From contig JAUSEK010000011.1 in NCBI GenBank assembly GCA_030650275.1, forward strand, positions 73,890 through 137,889: a DNA stretch of 64,000 nt. Direction: 5' to 3'. Origin of the DNA: Candidatus Omnitrophota bacterium. Lineage in GTDB: Bacteria; Omnitrophota; Gorgyraeia; Zapsychrales; Fredricksoniimonadaceae. The notes under the pieces were generated by a model. The model had not been told where the DNA came from. It saw only the letters and a list, made by a program, of their open reading frames with translations, and made no database searches. Of the stretch, positions 7,899 through 17,502 are shown piece by piece; position 1 is the first letter of the stretch; every line of letters begins with the position of its first letter. A program made the position numbers and the translations under genes.

Positions 7899-10061
7899 AT
7901 GGCAAAACAACAAAGAATGATCATCACAGGCGTCAGCGGCCTTTTGGGCAATAATCTCGCCCTTTGCCTGAAGGATGATTACACCATTTTAGGATTGTTC
8001 CATCAGCATCCCTGCGCCATTGAAGGCAATAGGCTTGAGCGGGTAGATTTAACGGACCCGGACCGGGTTAGAACTGTCGTCAGGGAGTTTCAACCAGATG
8101 TTATTATCCATTGCGCGGCCCTTTCGGATATCGAATATTGCGAAAGTCATCAGGATCTGGCCACCAAGGCCAATGTTCTGGCAACACGCCATCTCATCGA
8201 AGCCATTGACCAGACCCCCTGCCAATTTATTTTTATCTCAACAGATTCTATTTATGATGAGACCAAGGGTCCTTTGATCAATGAACAGGGAGCGGTCAAT
8301 CCTTCCAATCATTATTCATGGACAAAGATCGAAGCGGAAAAAGAGGCCTTAAAGCATAAAAATACTCTTATTCTAAGGACCAATATTTTTGGCTGGAATA
8401 TCCAGGAAAAATTCAGTTTAGGCGAGTGGATCATCCACGAACTTTCGCATCAGACCAAGATCAAGGGGTTCAGCGACGCTGAATTTTCATCCATTTATAC
8501 TTTTGAACTGGCAAAGCTCATTGACCGCGCCATCCAAAAAAAGATCCGGGGGGTTTACAATGCCGCCAGCCGCACGCATTTGTCAAAATACCAATTTGCC
8601 CGCGCGATCGCCCGGCGCTTTCAACTGGATGAGACATTGATCGAGCCGATCCCTATCGGTGATTTTGCTTTTAAAGCCAAACGCCGGAAGTTCATGGCTT
8701 TGGACACAGGCAAAATACAGCGGGCTTTGAATGTTCCGTGTCCGACCATTGAAGAATGCATAGAGAAGTTCTATCAGGATCATCAAAAAGGAGTGCCTGC
8801 CAGGATCAAACAAGGCCGGCAGGGGAGCGTTTATCCGCAACTTGATTTTATTCCTTATGGGCGTCAGTGCATTGAAGATGATGATATCCGGGCGGTGACG
8901 GATGTTTTAAAATCAGGGTATCTGACGCAAGGGCCCAAGATCGCGGAATTTGAAGAGGCATTGAAAGCAAAGACCGGCGCTTCATTTGCCGTTGCCGTCA
9001 ATTCCGGAACGTCTGCTTTACACATCGGCTGTCTGGCGGCCGGTATTCATGCCGGCGATGAGGTGATCACCTCGCCCAATTCGTTTGTGGCGTCCGCCAA
9101 TTGCATCGTTTATTGCGCAGGCACGCCGGTTTTTGCCGATATTGATCCCAAGACCTATAATATTTCCCCCCTGGCGCTCGAGCAGAAAATGACAAGGGCC
9201 ACCAGGGCCGTCATCCCTGTTCATTTTGCCGGCCAAAGCTGTGATATGCAGGCGATCCATGATATTGTCCGGCAAAAACAGAAGGAATACGGCCACAAAA
9301 TTTATATCATTGAAGACGCTTCCCATGCGTTGGGGTCCTCTTATAAGGCCAAGAAAGTCGGGTCCGGCGCGTATTCGGACATGACGGTCTTGAGTTTTCA
9401 TCCGGTCAAACACATCACCACGGCCGAAGGGGGCGCTGTCCTGACCAATGACGAGAAATTATGCCATTCCTTAAGACGGTTTCGTTCCCATGGGATCACC
9501 AATGATCCCCTGGAATTGGTCAATGAGGATGAGGCCTTTGAGCCCTCTCACGAGGGGGAACGGATCAAGCGGCCCTGGTACTATGAGCAGCAGGATTTAG
9601 GGTTCAATTACCGGATCACGGACATTCAGTGCGCTTTAGGCATTTCCCAGATCAAGAAATTGGACCGTTTTATAAAGCGCAGAAAAGAGATCGTCGGGCG
9701 TTACAATGCCGCTTTTGAAGGGCTTGATCATGTCACGACACCCTTTGAAGCCGATTTTTGTCAAAGCAATTTTCATCTCTATGTTTTGCTGTTTGATTTT
9801 GGGAAATTGGGGATGTCCCGCGCGCATTTGATGCTTGAGTTGCGCAAAAAGGGCATTCAAACGCAGGTGCATTACATTCCCATCCCCACGCAGCCCTATT
9901 ATCAAAAGAAATTCGGATACCGACGGGGTCAGTATCCCCATGCGGAGAATTATTATCAGCGCTGTTTATCGATCCCTCTTTTCGCCGCGATGAAGGACGA
10001 GGAGGTCGGGAAGGTCATTGAAGCCATTCGTAGTTTAAAACCGGTCCCCGTCCACCCATGA
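7899..10061 (+). CDS. pseC: Fusion protein: N-terminal RmlD-like NAD(P)-dependent 4-ketoreductase domain (~300 aa) plus C-terminal PseC-type DegT aminotransferase (~410 aa)
   Basis: N-terminal domain has GxxGxxG (ITGVSGLLG) and YxxxK (NHYSWTK), with the RmlD substrate-binding pattern STDSIYDE...NP.N.Y. C-terminal domain matches recalled PseC strongly (SHALGSSYKAKKVGSGAYSDMTVLSFHPVKHITTAEGGAVLTND...RSHGI). 720 aa total. Confidence 0.75.
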   Translation: MAKQQRMIITGVSGLLGNNLALCLKDDYTILGLFHQHPCAIEGNRLERVDLTDPDRVRTVVREFQPDVIIHCAALSDIEYCESHQDLATKANVLATRHLIEAIDQTPCQFIFISTDSIYDETKGPLINEQGAVNPSNHYSWTKIEAEKEALKHKNTLILRTNIFGWNIQEKFSLGEWIIHELSHQTKIKGFSDAEFSSIYTFELAKLIDRAIQKKIRGVYNAASRTHLSKYQFARAIARRFQLDETLIEPIPIGDFAFKAKRRKFMALDTGKIQRALNVPCPTIEECIEKFYQDHQKGVPARIKQGRQGSVYPQLDFIPYGRQCIEDDDIRAVTDVLKSGYLTQGPKIAEFEEALKAKTGASFAVAVNSGTSALHIGCLAAGIHAGDEVITSPNSFVASANCIVYCAGTPVFADIDPKTYNISPLALEQKMTRATRAVIPVHFAGQSCDMQAIHDIVRQKQKEYGHKIYIIEDASHALGSSYKAKKVGSGAYSDMTVLSFHPVKHITTAEGGAVLTNDEKLCHSLRRFRSHGITNDPLELVNEDEAFEPSHEGERIKRPWYYEQQDLGFNYRITDIQCALGISQIKKLDRFIKRRKEIVGRYNAAFEGLDHVTTPFEADFCQSNFHLYVLLFDFGKLGMSRAHLMLELRKKGIQTQVHYIPIPTQPYYQKKFGYRRGQYPHAENYYQRCLSIPLFAAMKDEEVGKVIEAIRSLKPVPVHP

Positions 10062-10954
10062 CATTATTTTCGCGTATAGGACTTGGGACGGCACAGTTTG
10101 GCCAGGATTACGGGATCGCCAATAAAGGCGGGAAGATCCCCCGGGAAGTGGTTTTTGATATTCTCAAGTCAGCGGCGGACCGCGGCATTCTTCTTTTAGA
10201 CACGGCCTGTGCCTATGGAGACAGTGAAGCTGTTATCGGAGAATTTATCAAGAAGGGTCCATCCCCGTTTCGGGTGGTGTCAAAATTTTCCCTGGATCCT
10301 TACAAAGAAGGAGGATTAAAGCAGCTTTTACGGCAATCTCTGGCAAAAATGAACACCGCCGGCGTTTATGGATATTTGGCCCACCGTTTGACGGATGTTT
10401 TGAATGATGAGCGCCTTTGGGCGGATATGCTGGAGGTCAAAAGGCAAGGCCTTGTTCAAAAGATCGGGGTTTCCGTCTATTCACCGCGTGAACTGGAAGA
10501 ACTGGACAAGCGCGATATCAAATTTGACCTCGTTCAATTTCCTTACAGTATTTTTGACCGGCGATTTGAAAAATGCATGCACGGATTGAAACAAAAGAAT
10601 ATTGAAATTCACGCGCGGTCCGTCTTTTTGCAAGGCCTTGCATTTATGAAGGCCGATCAACTGCCGGGGCATCTCAAAGAAGCGGGGGTCCCGTTGAGGG
10701 GACTTGCGGAACTTTCGCTCAAGCACGGCATTTCCGTTCAATCGCTGTGTTTAAATTTTGCTTTATTAAATCCTCATATTGATCGGGTCATCATGGGGGT
10801 GGGCGGCTTACGGCATTTTGAAGAAAATTTGAAAGGCCTTGAGGATTTTGATAAGGTCCGCGGTATTTATGATCAACTGCAGGGATTGAGCATCGGCAAT
10901 GAAGATATTCTTCTGCCTAACCGTTGGCCGTTAGCAATGCCGAGCAGGCGATAG
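10058..10954 (+). CDS. Aldo/keto reductase family oxidoreductase
   Basis: IGLGTAQFG...LLDTACAYGDSE motifs of AKR (TIM barrel) enzymes. Start overlaps the upstream stop (ATGA). Confidence 0.7.
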   Translation: MTLFSRIGLGTAQFGQDYGIANKGGKIPREVVFDILKSAADRGILLLDTACAYGDSEAVIGEFIKKGPSPFRVVSKFSLDPYKEGGLKQLLRQSLAKMNTAGVYGYLAHRLTDVLNDERLWADMLEVKRQGLVQKIGVSVYSPRELEELDKRDIKFDLVQFPYSIFDRRFEKCMHGLKQKNIEIHARSVFLQGLAFMKADQLPGHLKEAGVPLRGLAELSLKHGISVQSLCLNFALLNPHIDRVIMGVGGLRHFEENLKGLEDFDKVRGIYDQLQGLSIGNEDILLPNRWPLAMPSRR

Positions 10955-10965
10955 GGAATATTCTT

Positions 10966-12294
10966 ATGTTAAAGACAGAAAAAATAAATAAGGGTGCGGC
11001 ATTGTGGAAAAAAGCAAAAACGTTTATTCCGGGCGGCAATCAACTGCTTTCCAAACGCTCGGAGATGTTTTTGCCTGACCAGTGGCCGGCGTATTACAAG
11101 AAAGCCAGGGGCTGTGAGATTTGGGACCTTGATGACCGTCACTATTACGATATGAGCATCATGGGCATTGGGAGCTCTCCTTTGGGCTACGCCCATGAGG
11201 AAGTCAACGCGGCGGTGCACCAGGCGATCGATGAAGGGAATATGACGACCTTGAATTGCCCCCAGGAGGTTGAGCTTGCCCAAAAGCTGGTGGATCTGCA
11301 TGCCTGGGCGGATATGGCGCGTTTTGCCCGTACCGGAGGGGAGGCCTGCGCCATTGCGGTGCGCATTGCCCGCGCCTTTACTCAAAAAGACAGGATCGCT
11401 TTTTGCGGTTATCATGGCTGGCATGATTGGTATCTGGCGGCTAATCTATCAGACGCAAAGAATCTGGACCAACTCCTTTTGCCGGGCCTTAGTCCGGTCG
11501 GAGTTCCCCAACACTTAAAGGGCAGCGCCATCCCTTTTTATTATGGAGATGCGCAAGCGTTTAAGGAATTGGTCCAACAGCATAAAGCTGATCTGGGCGT
11601 TGTGATCATGGAGGTTGCCAGACACTCCCAGCCGGATATTGATTTCTTGCGTACGATCCGTGAAATGACCCGGGACATGGGGATCGTGCTGATCTACGAC
11701 GAGATCTCCTCCGGATTCCGGTTGAATACCGGAGGGCTCCACCTGTTGTATGACCTTCAGCCGGACATGGCTGTTTTAGGAAAGGCCTTGGGCAATGGAC
11801 ATCCCATTTCCGCGATCTTGGGAAGAGAAAAAGTCATGCAGGCCGCTCAAGAGACATTCATCAGCAGTACTTATTGGACGGAACGCACGGGCTATGCCGC
11901 AGCCCTTGAGGTGTTAAAGATCTATGAACGGGACGCTGTGCCCCAGCAATTGATCAAACAAGGAAATAAGATCCGATTGGGTTTGGAAGGCCTATTCAAG
12001 AAACATCAATTGAATATTGAGATTGAGGGACTCGCATCAAACCCCATTTTTATGATTAAAGAAAAAGACGGACTTCTGATCAAGTCCGTGTATACGCAAG
12101 AAATGTTAAAACGCAGCTTTTTAGCTTCTTCCGTTATCTATGTATCCATAGCGCATACGGACAAGATCATTGATCTATTCTTGGCGAATGCTGATGAAGT
12201 TTTTGGATGCATATCTGCCGCGATCAAAGAGGGTCAATTGGCGTCATTATTGAAGGGGCCTGTTTGTCACAGTGGATTTAAAAGGTTAAATTAA
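10966..12294 (+). CDS. Class III PLP aminotransferase, glutamate-1-semialdehyde 2,1-aminomutase-like
   Basis: FIPGGNQLLSKR...ARGCEIWDLDDRHYYD...DEISSGFR pattern of HemL-like aminotransferases. Confidence 0.7.
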   Translation: MLKTEKINKGAALWKKAKTFIPGGNQLLSKRSEMFLPDQWPAYYKKARGCEIWDLDDRHYYDMSIMGIGSSPLGYAHEEVNAAVHQAIDEGNMTTLNCPQEVELAQKLVDLHAWADMARFARTGGEACAIAVRIARAFTQKDRIAFCGYHGWHDWYLAANLSDAKNLDQLLLPGLSPVGVPQHLKGSAIPFYYGDAQAFKELVQQHKADLGVVIMEVARHSQPDIDFLRTIREMTRDMGIVLIYDEISSGFRLNTGGLHLLYDLQPDMAVLGKALGNGHPISAILGREKVMQAAQETFISSTYWTERTGYAAALEVLKIYERDAVPQQLIKQGNKIRLGLEGLFKKHQLNIEIEGLASNPIFMIKEKDGLLIKSVYTQEMLKRSFLASSVIYVSIAHTDKIIDLFLANADEVFGCISAAIKEGQLASLLKGPVCHSGFKRLN

Positions 12295-13040
12295 TGGTCT
12301 TAGCGATCGTGCAGGCAAGAATGTCAGCATCACGGTTACCGGGCAAGGTCATGAAGAAAATCTTGGGCAAACCGATCATCGGGTATTTGTTGGACCGGCT
12401 TAAAGCATCCAAACGCATTGACAAAATTATTTTGGCCACATCTACCAATCAAGAAAACGATGAACTTGTGTCTTATGTTCAAGGCTTGGGATTTGATGTA
12501 TGGCGGGGGAGCGAAGAAGATGTGTTAGGACGCTTCTTTTTTTCCGCTAAGAAATACGCGGCTGATACGGTTGTCCGTATAACGGGAGATTGCCCGCTGA
12601 TAGACACGCGGATCTGTGACCAATTGATAGATGAATTTACCAAACATCAGGTTGATTATGCTTTTCTGGCACCTAGTTTTGCCGAAGGCCTGGATTGTGA
12701 AGTTCTGAAAGCAACGGCTTTAGAAAAATGCCACCAACATGCCAAATTAGCTTCAGAACGCGAACATGTGACGCCCTATATCAAGAACCATCAGGACCAG
12801 TTTAAGTTATTTTGCATGGATAACCGCGAAGATCATAGCGGTTATCGCGTTGTCGTGGATGAACCGGAAGATCTTGCCATGTTAGAGATCTTATTCAATG
12901 ATTTCTACAAAAAGATACATCCGCAGGGCAGTTTTGATGAAATTAAAGCATACCTGGACCAGCATCCTGAATTGGTCCGGATGAATTCTCATGTGGTCCG
13001 TAATGAGGGATTTATCAGATCGCTTCAGAAGGAAAGGTGA
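12294..13040 (+). CDS. pseF: Nonulosonic acid cytidylyltransferase (CMP-pseudaminate synthetase-like; CTP_transf_3 family)
   Basis: MVLAIVQARMSASRLPGKV...GDCPLID pattern of PseF/SpsF/NeuA-type cytidylyltransferases. Confidence 0.6.
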   Translation: MVLAIVQARMSASRLPGKVMKKILGKPIIGYLLDRLKASKRIDKIILATSTNQENDELVSYVQGLGFDVWRGSEEDVLGRFFFSAKKYAADTVVRITGDCPLIDTRICDQLIDEFTKHQVDYAFLAPSFAEGLDCEVLKATALEKCHQHAKLASEREHVTPYIKNHQDQFKLFCMDNREDHSGYRVVVDEPEDLAMLEILFNDFYKKIHPQGSFDEIKAYLDQHPELVRMNSHVVRNEGFIRSLQKER

Positions 13041-13041
13041 A

Positions 13042-13596
13042 ATGAAAAAGGGAGTCCATCTTAAAACAAAACGCTTGGACCTTAAGACCTTGCGTGTCAG
13101 GCATATTTCGGATCAATACGTCAATGGTTTAAATGATGGACAGGTGAATAAATTTTTATTGGCCCCCAGGCAGAAGAAGCAAACAAGAAAAACGGTCAGG
13201 GATTATGTTGAGGCCAATCTCAATTCACCATCGGGCCTTCTATTCGGATTATTTCATAAGACCACAGGGGATCTGATAGGCACTTTGCGCGTTCATGACA
13301 TCTCCTATTTTCACTATTCTTGTTGTTTAGGGATCTGTTTATTTGACAGGTCCTATTGGGGCAAAGGTTACGCGCAAGAGGCCTTAAAAGAGGCCGTTCG
13401 TTTCGCGTTTAAAGAATTGAGGATGCATTACATTGAAGCGGGCATTTACCAGGGGAATAGGGCATCAGTACAATTGTTCAAAAAATGCGGATTCCGGAAA
13501 GTCGCGACCCATAGGGATAAGTACCGGTATGACGCGTCTTTTAGACCAGTGTTTATTTTTGGCAAGACAAATCCAGATTTTAAGCTTCGGTCATGA
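13042..13596 (+). CDS. GNAT family N-acetyltransferase (RimL-like)
   Basis: GNAT acetyl-CoA-binding motif region (GKGYAQEALKEAVRFAF) in RimL-like arrangement. Start chosen at MKKGVHLK after RBS AGGAAAGG. Confidence 0.6.
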   Translation: MKKGVHLKTKRLDLKTLRVRHISDQYVNGLNDGQVNKFLLAPRQKKQTRKTVRDYVEANLNSPSGLLFGLFHKTTGDLIGTLRVHDISYFHYSCCLGICLFDRSYWGKGYAQEALKEAVRFAFKELRMHYIEAGIYQGNRASVQLFKKCGFRKVATHRDKYRYDASFRPVFIFGKTNPDFKLRS

Positions 13597-13605
13597 GGGA
13601 TTTTT

Positions 13606-15681
13606 GTGTACTTTATTGAAAAATTAACAGTTTATTCGTGGTTGTTTTCTGTTCTTCCCGAGATCCAGCGGCGATCCAAGGCGGATAAAGATCAGGGGAA
13701 TACGCTTTTATATTATGTGGATGCGTCTTGCCAGGGGCTATGGTTGTCCCGATCGATGGCGGCTTTTCTTAAAATTGAGATCAAGCGGCTGGATTTCACT
13801 TTTTTTGACGCTAAAGACAAAAATGGCGATTTTCTTTGGTGGACAGTCATGTTTGAGGATCTTGCGGATCTGCAGAAATATATGTTCCGGTATCCGGCCT
13901 TACAGGAGATCATCCAGAAGAATAAGGCGGATGAGCACCTAAGGTTTTTTCTGATGAGACGTATTTTGTATTTTGATTCAAGCCTGTTTATCTTGATGCA
14001 CATTCTCCTGGTGCTCCGGGTCGCTTCTTTAAAGCGGAAAAAAGAGGAAAGGATCAACGTGTTCCTTTTTTCCTCCCAAAGGCCGTGGCTGTCCCAGGTC
14101 AAGAAATGGGCGGAGGCCCGGAATGTCAATATTATTCCCATGCGCCGGGGGCGCGGTTTTAGCGTCAAAGAGATCATGGCAGGCCCCGGTTTTATCAAAC
14201 ATTCCATCAAACAAGTCCTGTTCGCCTGGATGGGCACGCAAAAGGCCCTTGGAATGGCGGGTCAGGGCGATCAGAGGCATAGTCAGGACCTGTCACCCAA
14301 GATAGCCGTTGAATTTTATGGACATCTTAATCTTGATTCCCCGCAATTGAGCTCGGACCTATTTTTCTGTCAACAGGCAAGCACCTTGAATAAAGATATC
14401 CTGATCTATTTTCAGCATCCGGTGTTCCCGGTCTCGGATCAAGCGTGGGATGAGATCAAGGCGCATGGGATGTCAGCGGTTGTTATGAATCCCAGGGCAA
14501 CCACCACCTCCCGGGTCCCTTTATTCAATTATGTCGGTCAGTTGAGAGAAGAAGACCGCTCCAGGGGGGCAGCCGATGACAAGGGTAAGGATGATATCAG
14601 AAGAGATCTGTCCCGACAGGTCGCAGAATATTATAAACAGAAGGATTATTGGTCCAATTTCTTTGCGCGGCACAACATCAAAATGCATGTGTCGTGGTAT
14701 AAGATCGAATCCAAATATTTTCCGATGGCGGATGCTTTGAATGGCTTGGGAGGGGTATCTGTTATTTATCAAAGGTCTTTTGAAAGCGATTCAAATCCAT
14801 GGATGGTGACGAAAGCGGACGTTGTTTTTGGTTTTTCCAAGTTTGGGGCGCATTTGGGAAAAGACACGGATTCTGTGATCCCTTATTATGTTGTCACGGG
14901 CTATTTGGGAGACCACCGGTATCCAATTCTCAAAAAAGAAGCAAGCGTGATACGCCATGATCTGCAGCGTCATGGGGCCAATAGGATATTGGCCTATTTT
15001 GATGAAAGTTCCGTAGATGATCCGCGATGGAATATAGGGCATCAGGTGACGCAGGAGAATTACGCGTTCTTGCTCAAGAAAATCTTGGACACACCATCGC
15101 TCGGATTGATATTTAAGCCAAAGATATATTCAAATTTACGCAAAAGATTGGGGGAGGATATTGCCGATCTTTTGGATCGCGCCCAAGAGACGGGGAGATG
15201 TTATATATTTAAAGAAGTCGCGTTTCATCTGGGATCGCACCCTCCCGCGATAGCGGCATTGGCATCAGATATCGCCATTCATGGCCATCTTTGCGCGGCA
15301 ACAGCGGGCGTTGAATCAGCTTTGACGGGAACACCGACGCTGATGCTGGACAGGGAAGGTTGTTCCAAGAGCCCGGTCTATCAGTTAGGAGAAGGCCGGG
15401 TTGTTTTTAAAAATTGGGATGATCTCTGGAAAGCATGCCTTGATCACTGGGGCCATTCAGACGGGAGGCCCGGTTTTGGCGATTGGTCGCCGATGTTGGA
15501 TGAGCTGGACCCATTCCGCGATGGCCGGGCGGCCCAACGGATGGGCAGCTATCTTGAATGGATCTCCCAAGGGTTAAAAGCAAAGATCCCCCGCGAAATG
15601 ATTCTGGCGGATGCCGCCCAGCGATACGCCAAGATCTGGGGGCAGGACAAGGTATTGGCCATCAATCATGGCAGGTTATAA
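13606..15681 (+). CDS. Large (691 aa) hypothetical protein; C-terminal region has a GT-B/MurG-like donor-binding motif (possible PseG-type UDP-sugar hydrolase or nonulosonate transferase)
   Basis: C-terminal HGHLCAATAGVESALTGTPTLMLD resembles the G-rich loop/E/GxP motif of MurG/PseG-type GT-B C-domains. The N-terminal ~400 aa has no motif I recognise. It sits where pseG would be expected. Confidence 0.3.
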   Translation: MYFIEKLTVYSWLFSVLPEIQRRSKADKDQGNTLLYYVDASCQGLWLSRSMAAFLKIEIKRLDFTFFDAKDKNGDFLWWTVMFEDLADLQKYMFRYPALQEIIQKNKADEHLRFFLMRRILYFDSSLFILMHILLVLRVASLKRKKEERINVFLFSSQRPWLSQVKKWAEARNVNIIPMRRGRGFSVKEIMAGPGFIKHSIKQVLFAWMGTQKALGMAGQGDQRHSQDLSPKIAVEFYGHLNLDSPQLSSDLFFCQQASTLNKDILIYFQHPVFPVSDQAWDEIKAHGMSAVVMNPRATTTSRVPLFNYVGQLREEDRSRGAADDKGKDDIRRDLSRQVAEYYKQKDYWSNFFARHNIKMHVSWYKIESKYFPMADALNGLGGVSVIYQRSFESDSNPWMVTKADVVFGFSKFGAHLGKDTDSVIPYYVVTGYLGDHRYPILKKEASVIRHDLQRHGANRILAYFDESSVDDPRWNIGHQVTQENYAFLLKKILDTPSLGLIFKPKIYSNLRKRLGEDIADLLDRAQETGRCYIFKEVAFHLGSHPPAIAALASDIAIHGHLCAATAGVESALTGTPTLMLDREGCSKSPVYQLGEGRVVFKNWDDLWKACLDHWGHSDGRPGFGDWSPMLDELDPFRDGRAAQRMGSYLEWISQGLKAKIPREMILADAAQRYAKIWGQDKVLAINHGRL

Positions 15682-15691
15682 AGAAGGTTAA

Positions 15692-16471
15692 ATGATGCCG
15701 GTCCATATCGGAATAAAAGTTTGGGCGCAAAACACCGCTTATATCCCGCACATTCAAAAATTGGGCCAACAGGGCCATTGTGATTTTGTGGAGATCTATG
15801 TCGGTGTCAAGGCAGAACAAGAAGAGGCCAGGTGTTGGCAGGATTTAGACCTGCCCATACGCTTGCACGCGCCCCACAGCTATGGCGGGTTTAATCCCGC
15901 GGACAGTGAGGGGATGGAGTTCAAACAAGAGGCCTTGCGTCGCCTTGAGAAGTTCCGGCGGCTTTTAGGGCCTGCCAGCATTATTTTTCATCCGGGGATC
16001 ATAGGCCCTTTGCAGGAAAGCATCAGGCAATATAAATTATTTAAACAGCAATTCCCGAAAATATTTAAAGCGGCGTTCATTGAGAATAAGCCGTCCATAG
16101 GTCCCAAGCAAGAATCTTGCCGGGGAGATAGCGTTGAAGAAATACGGCCATTGATGCAGGCCATCGGTTTTGGCTTTTGCCTGGACTTTGGCCACGCGGC
16201 TTGTCATGCCGCGTGGGCCAAGAAAGATTGGCGTCAGGTCGTTGAGGATTTTATGCAATTACGCCCGCAATTATTTCACATTTCCGACGGAGACATCCAT
16301 TCTCCCGTAGACAAACACCGTCATTTGGGGGCCGGCAGTTTTCCATTAAAGCAGATGCTGGATTTTTTACCCAAGGATGCGTTCTTAACGCTGGAAACTC
16401 CTCATGATCATGAGGACAACCTGGACGATTTTTCCAAAGACGCGGATTTTATCAGGGGTCTATTAAAATGA
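15692..16471 (+). CDS. Xylose isomerase-like TIM-barrel protein (sugar phosphate isomerase/epimerase family)
   Basis: Length and His/Asp/Glu spacing (FHPG..., DFGHA..., HISDG...) resemble AP-endonuclease-2/xylose isomerase-like TIM barrels. Confidence 0.5.
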   Translation: MMPVHIGIKVWAQNTAYIPHIQKLGQQGHCDFVEIYVGVKAEQEEARCWQDLDLPIRLHAPHSYGGFNPADSEGMEFKQEALRRLEKFRRLLGPASIIFHPGIIGPLQESIRQYKLFKQQFPKIFKAAFIENKPSIGPKQESCRGDSVEEIRPLMQAIGFGFCLDFGHAACHAAWAKKDWRQVVEDFMQLRPQLFHISDGDIHSPVDKHRHLGAGSFPLKQMLDFLPKDAFLTLETPHDHEDNLDDFSKDADFIRGLLK

Positions 16472-17502
16472 TGATCCAGGGCAGGCGGATAGGGGCGGGG
16501 CAGCCCTGTTATGTCATTGCCGAATTATCCGCGAACCACGGCGGAAGCCTTGAGCGCGCTTTGCGCATCGTTCGCGCGGCTAAAGAGGCAGGCGCGGATG
16601 CCATCAAGCTGCAGACATACACGGCAGACACAATGACCCTTGATGTGGACAATGAGTATTTTCGCATCAAAGACGGGTTATGGGGTGGTAAGAATTTATA
16701 TCAATTGTATCAGAAGGCCTCGACGCCATGGGAATGGCACAAGACATTAAAAGAAGAAGCAGATAAGCTGCAGATGCATTGCTTCTCCACCCCTTTTGAC
16801 GAAACAGCGGTGGATTTTCTGGAGTCATTGGGGGTTGCGGCATACAAGATCGCTTCTTTTGAATTGGTGGATGACCTTTTATTGATCAAGGTGGCCCATA
16901 CCCGAAAACCTGTCATTATGTCCACGGGCATGGCCACGTTAGAAGAGATCCGGCATGCCCTGCAGGTGCTCCATGACAACGGAACAAAGGAAATAGCATT
17001 GCTCAAATGCGTCAGCGCCTATCCCGCACCCGCACAGGAGATGCATTTGCGCACAATGTCCGATATGCGCGCACGTTTTAAGTGTCCGGTGGGTTTATCA
17101 GACCATACGTTAGGCCCGACGGTGGCCATTGCTGCCGTTGCCGTGGGCGCCGAATTATTGGAGAAACACATCAAATTAAACCAGGAAGACGATACGCCTG
17201 ACGCCGTATTTTCCATGACCCCTGAGGCCTTTGGAGATATGGTCCAGGCCTTGCGTTTGACCGAGTCCGCTTTAGGGGAAGTGCGCTATCAGAAGACGCA
17301 GCAAGAAGGCAATTCAGTGGTTTTTCGCCGTTCCATTTTTGTTTCCAGAGACATTAAAAAGGGCGAAGTATTCACATCGGAAAATATTAAAGTCATACGC
17401 CCGGGACAGGGCTTAAGTCCGAAGTATTATGCGCAATTGCTGGGCAGGAAGGCCAAACAAGATATTTCCCGGGGAACGCCGTTATCGAGGGCTATGATGT
17501 GA
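16468..17502 (+). CDS. pseI: N-acylneuraminate/pseudaminate synthase (NeuB/PseI/LegI family) with C-terminal SAF domain
   Basis: IAELSANHGGSLERALRIVRAAKEAGADAIKLQTY is the hallmark N-terminus of NeuB-family synthases. 344 aa. Confidence 0.8.
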   Translation: MMIQGRRIGAGQPCYVIAELSANHGGSLERALRIVRAAKEAGADAIKLQTYTADTMTLDVDNEYFRIKDGLWGGKNLYQLYQKASTPWEWHKTLKEEADKLQMHCFSTPFDETAVDFLESLGVAAYKIASFELVDDLLLIKVAHTRKPVIMSTGMATLEEIRHALQVLHDNGTKEIALLKCVSAYPAPAQEMHLRTMSDMRARFKCPVGLSDHTLGPTVAIAAVAVGAELLEKHIKLNQEDDTPDAVFSMTPEAFGDMVQALRLTESALGEVRYQKTQQEGNSVVFRRSIFVSRDIKKGEVFTSENIKVIRPGQGLSPKYYAQLLGRKAKQDISRGTPLSRAMM

